The position numbers and the translations under genes are program-made. From Felis catus (taxonomy: Eukaryota), in assembly GCF_018350175.1 (NCBI RefSeq), contig NC_058368.1, positions 129,954,001 through 130,018,000 on the forward strand: a stretch of 64,000 nucleotides of DNA, in the 5' to 3' direction. This document shows, in pieces, positions 63,861-64,000 of the stretch. Positions within the stretch are counted from its first letter, which is position 1; each line of letters opens with the position of its first letter. A model generated the notes under the pieces. It saw nothing but the letters and a program-made list of their open reading frames with translations. It searched no databases and was not told where the DNA came from.

Positions 63861-64000
63861 AGAATTTAAAAGTATGTGCCCATTGGTGGTATGAGTTATT
63901 CAATACCCTGGACAATATGCTAGAAAGCAGTAACTTGTTTTTTAATGTGCTTTTTCTAATTATGAGCAAGGCTGAGCATTTTCCAGATGTTTATAGTTCG

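Noticed and set aside
1..64000. CRISPR array, prokaryotic operon or intact autonomous transposon/provirus
   Set aside because: Mammalian intronic DNA; the recurring repeats are dispersed SINEs, all L1s are fragments and the LTRs are solo

Overview
AT-rich, repeat-dense mammalian genomic DNA, almost certainly from a felid (many tRNA-derived CAN-SINEs of the cat type, plus a cat-type L1 3' end). The whole window lies inside the 3' half of IPO11 (importin-11) on the + strand. Five coding exons splice in frame with canonical AG/GT sites (1746-1841, 2805-2918, 10447-10568, 42909-43004, 49544-49628); the terminal exon is not in the window. The 32.3-kb intron 10569-42908 holds a complete same-strand nested gene, LRRC70: a probable short 5' exon ending at 24708, a coding exon from 25192 (ORF 25203-27098) and a poly(A) signal at 27217. 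The rest is SINEs, L1/L2 fragments, solo LTRs, MER-type DNA transposons and microsatellites. I see no new gene family. The most interesting items are (i) the stop/start geometry at the LRRC70 splice acceptor, (ii) an ETS/GATA/SOX motif cluster at its promoter, (iii) inverted young SINE pairs around IPO11 exons and (iv) two unexplained coding-like relics. Gene identities and repeat family names come from my recall of these sequences, not from a search, and repeat boundaries are approximate.
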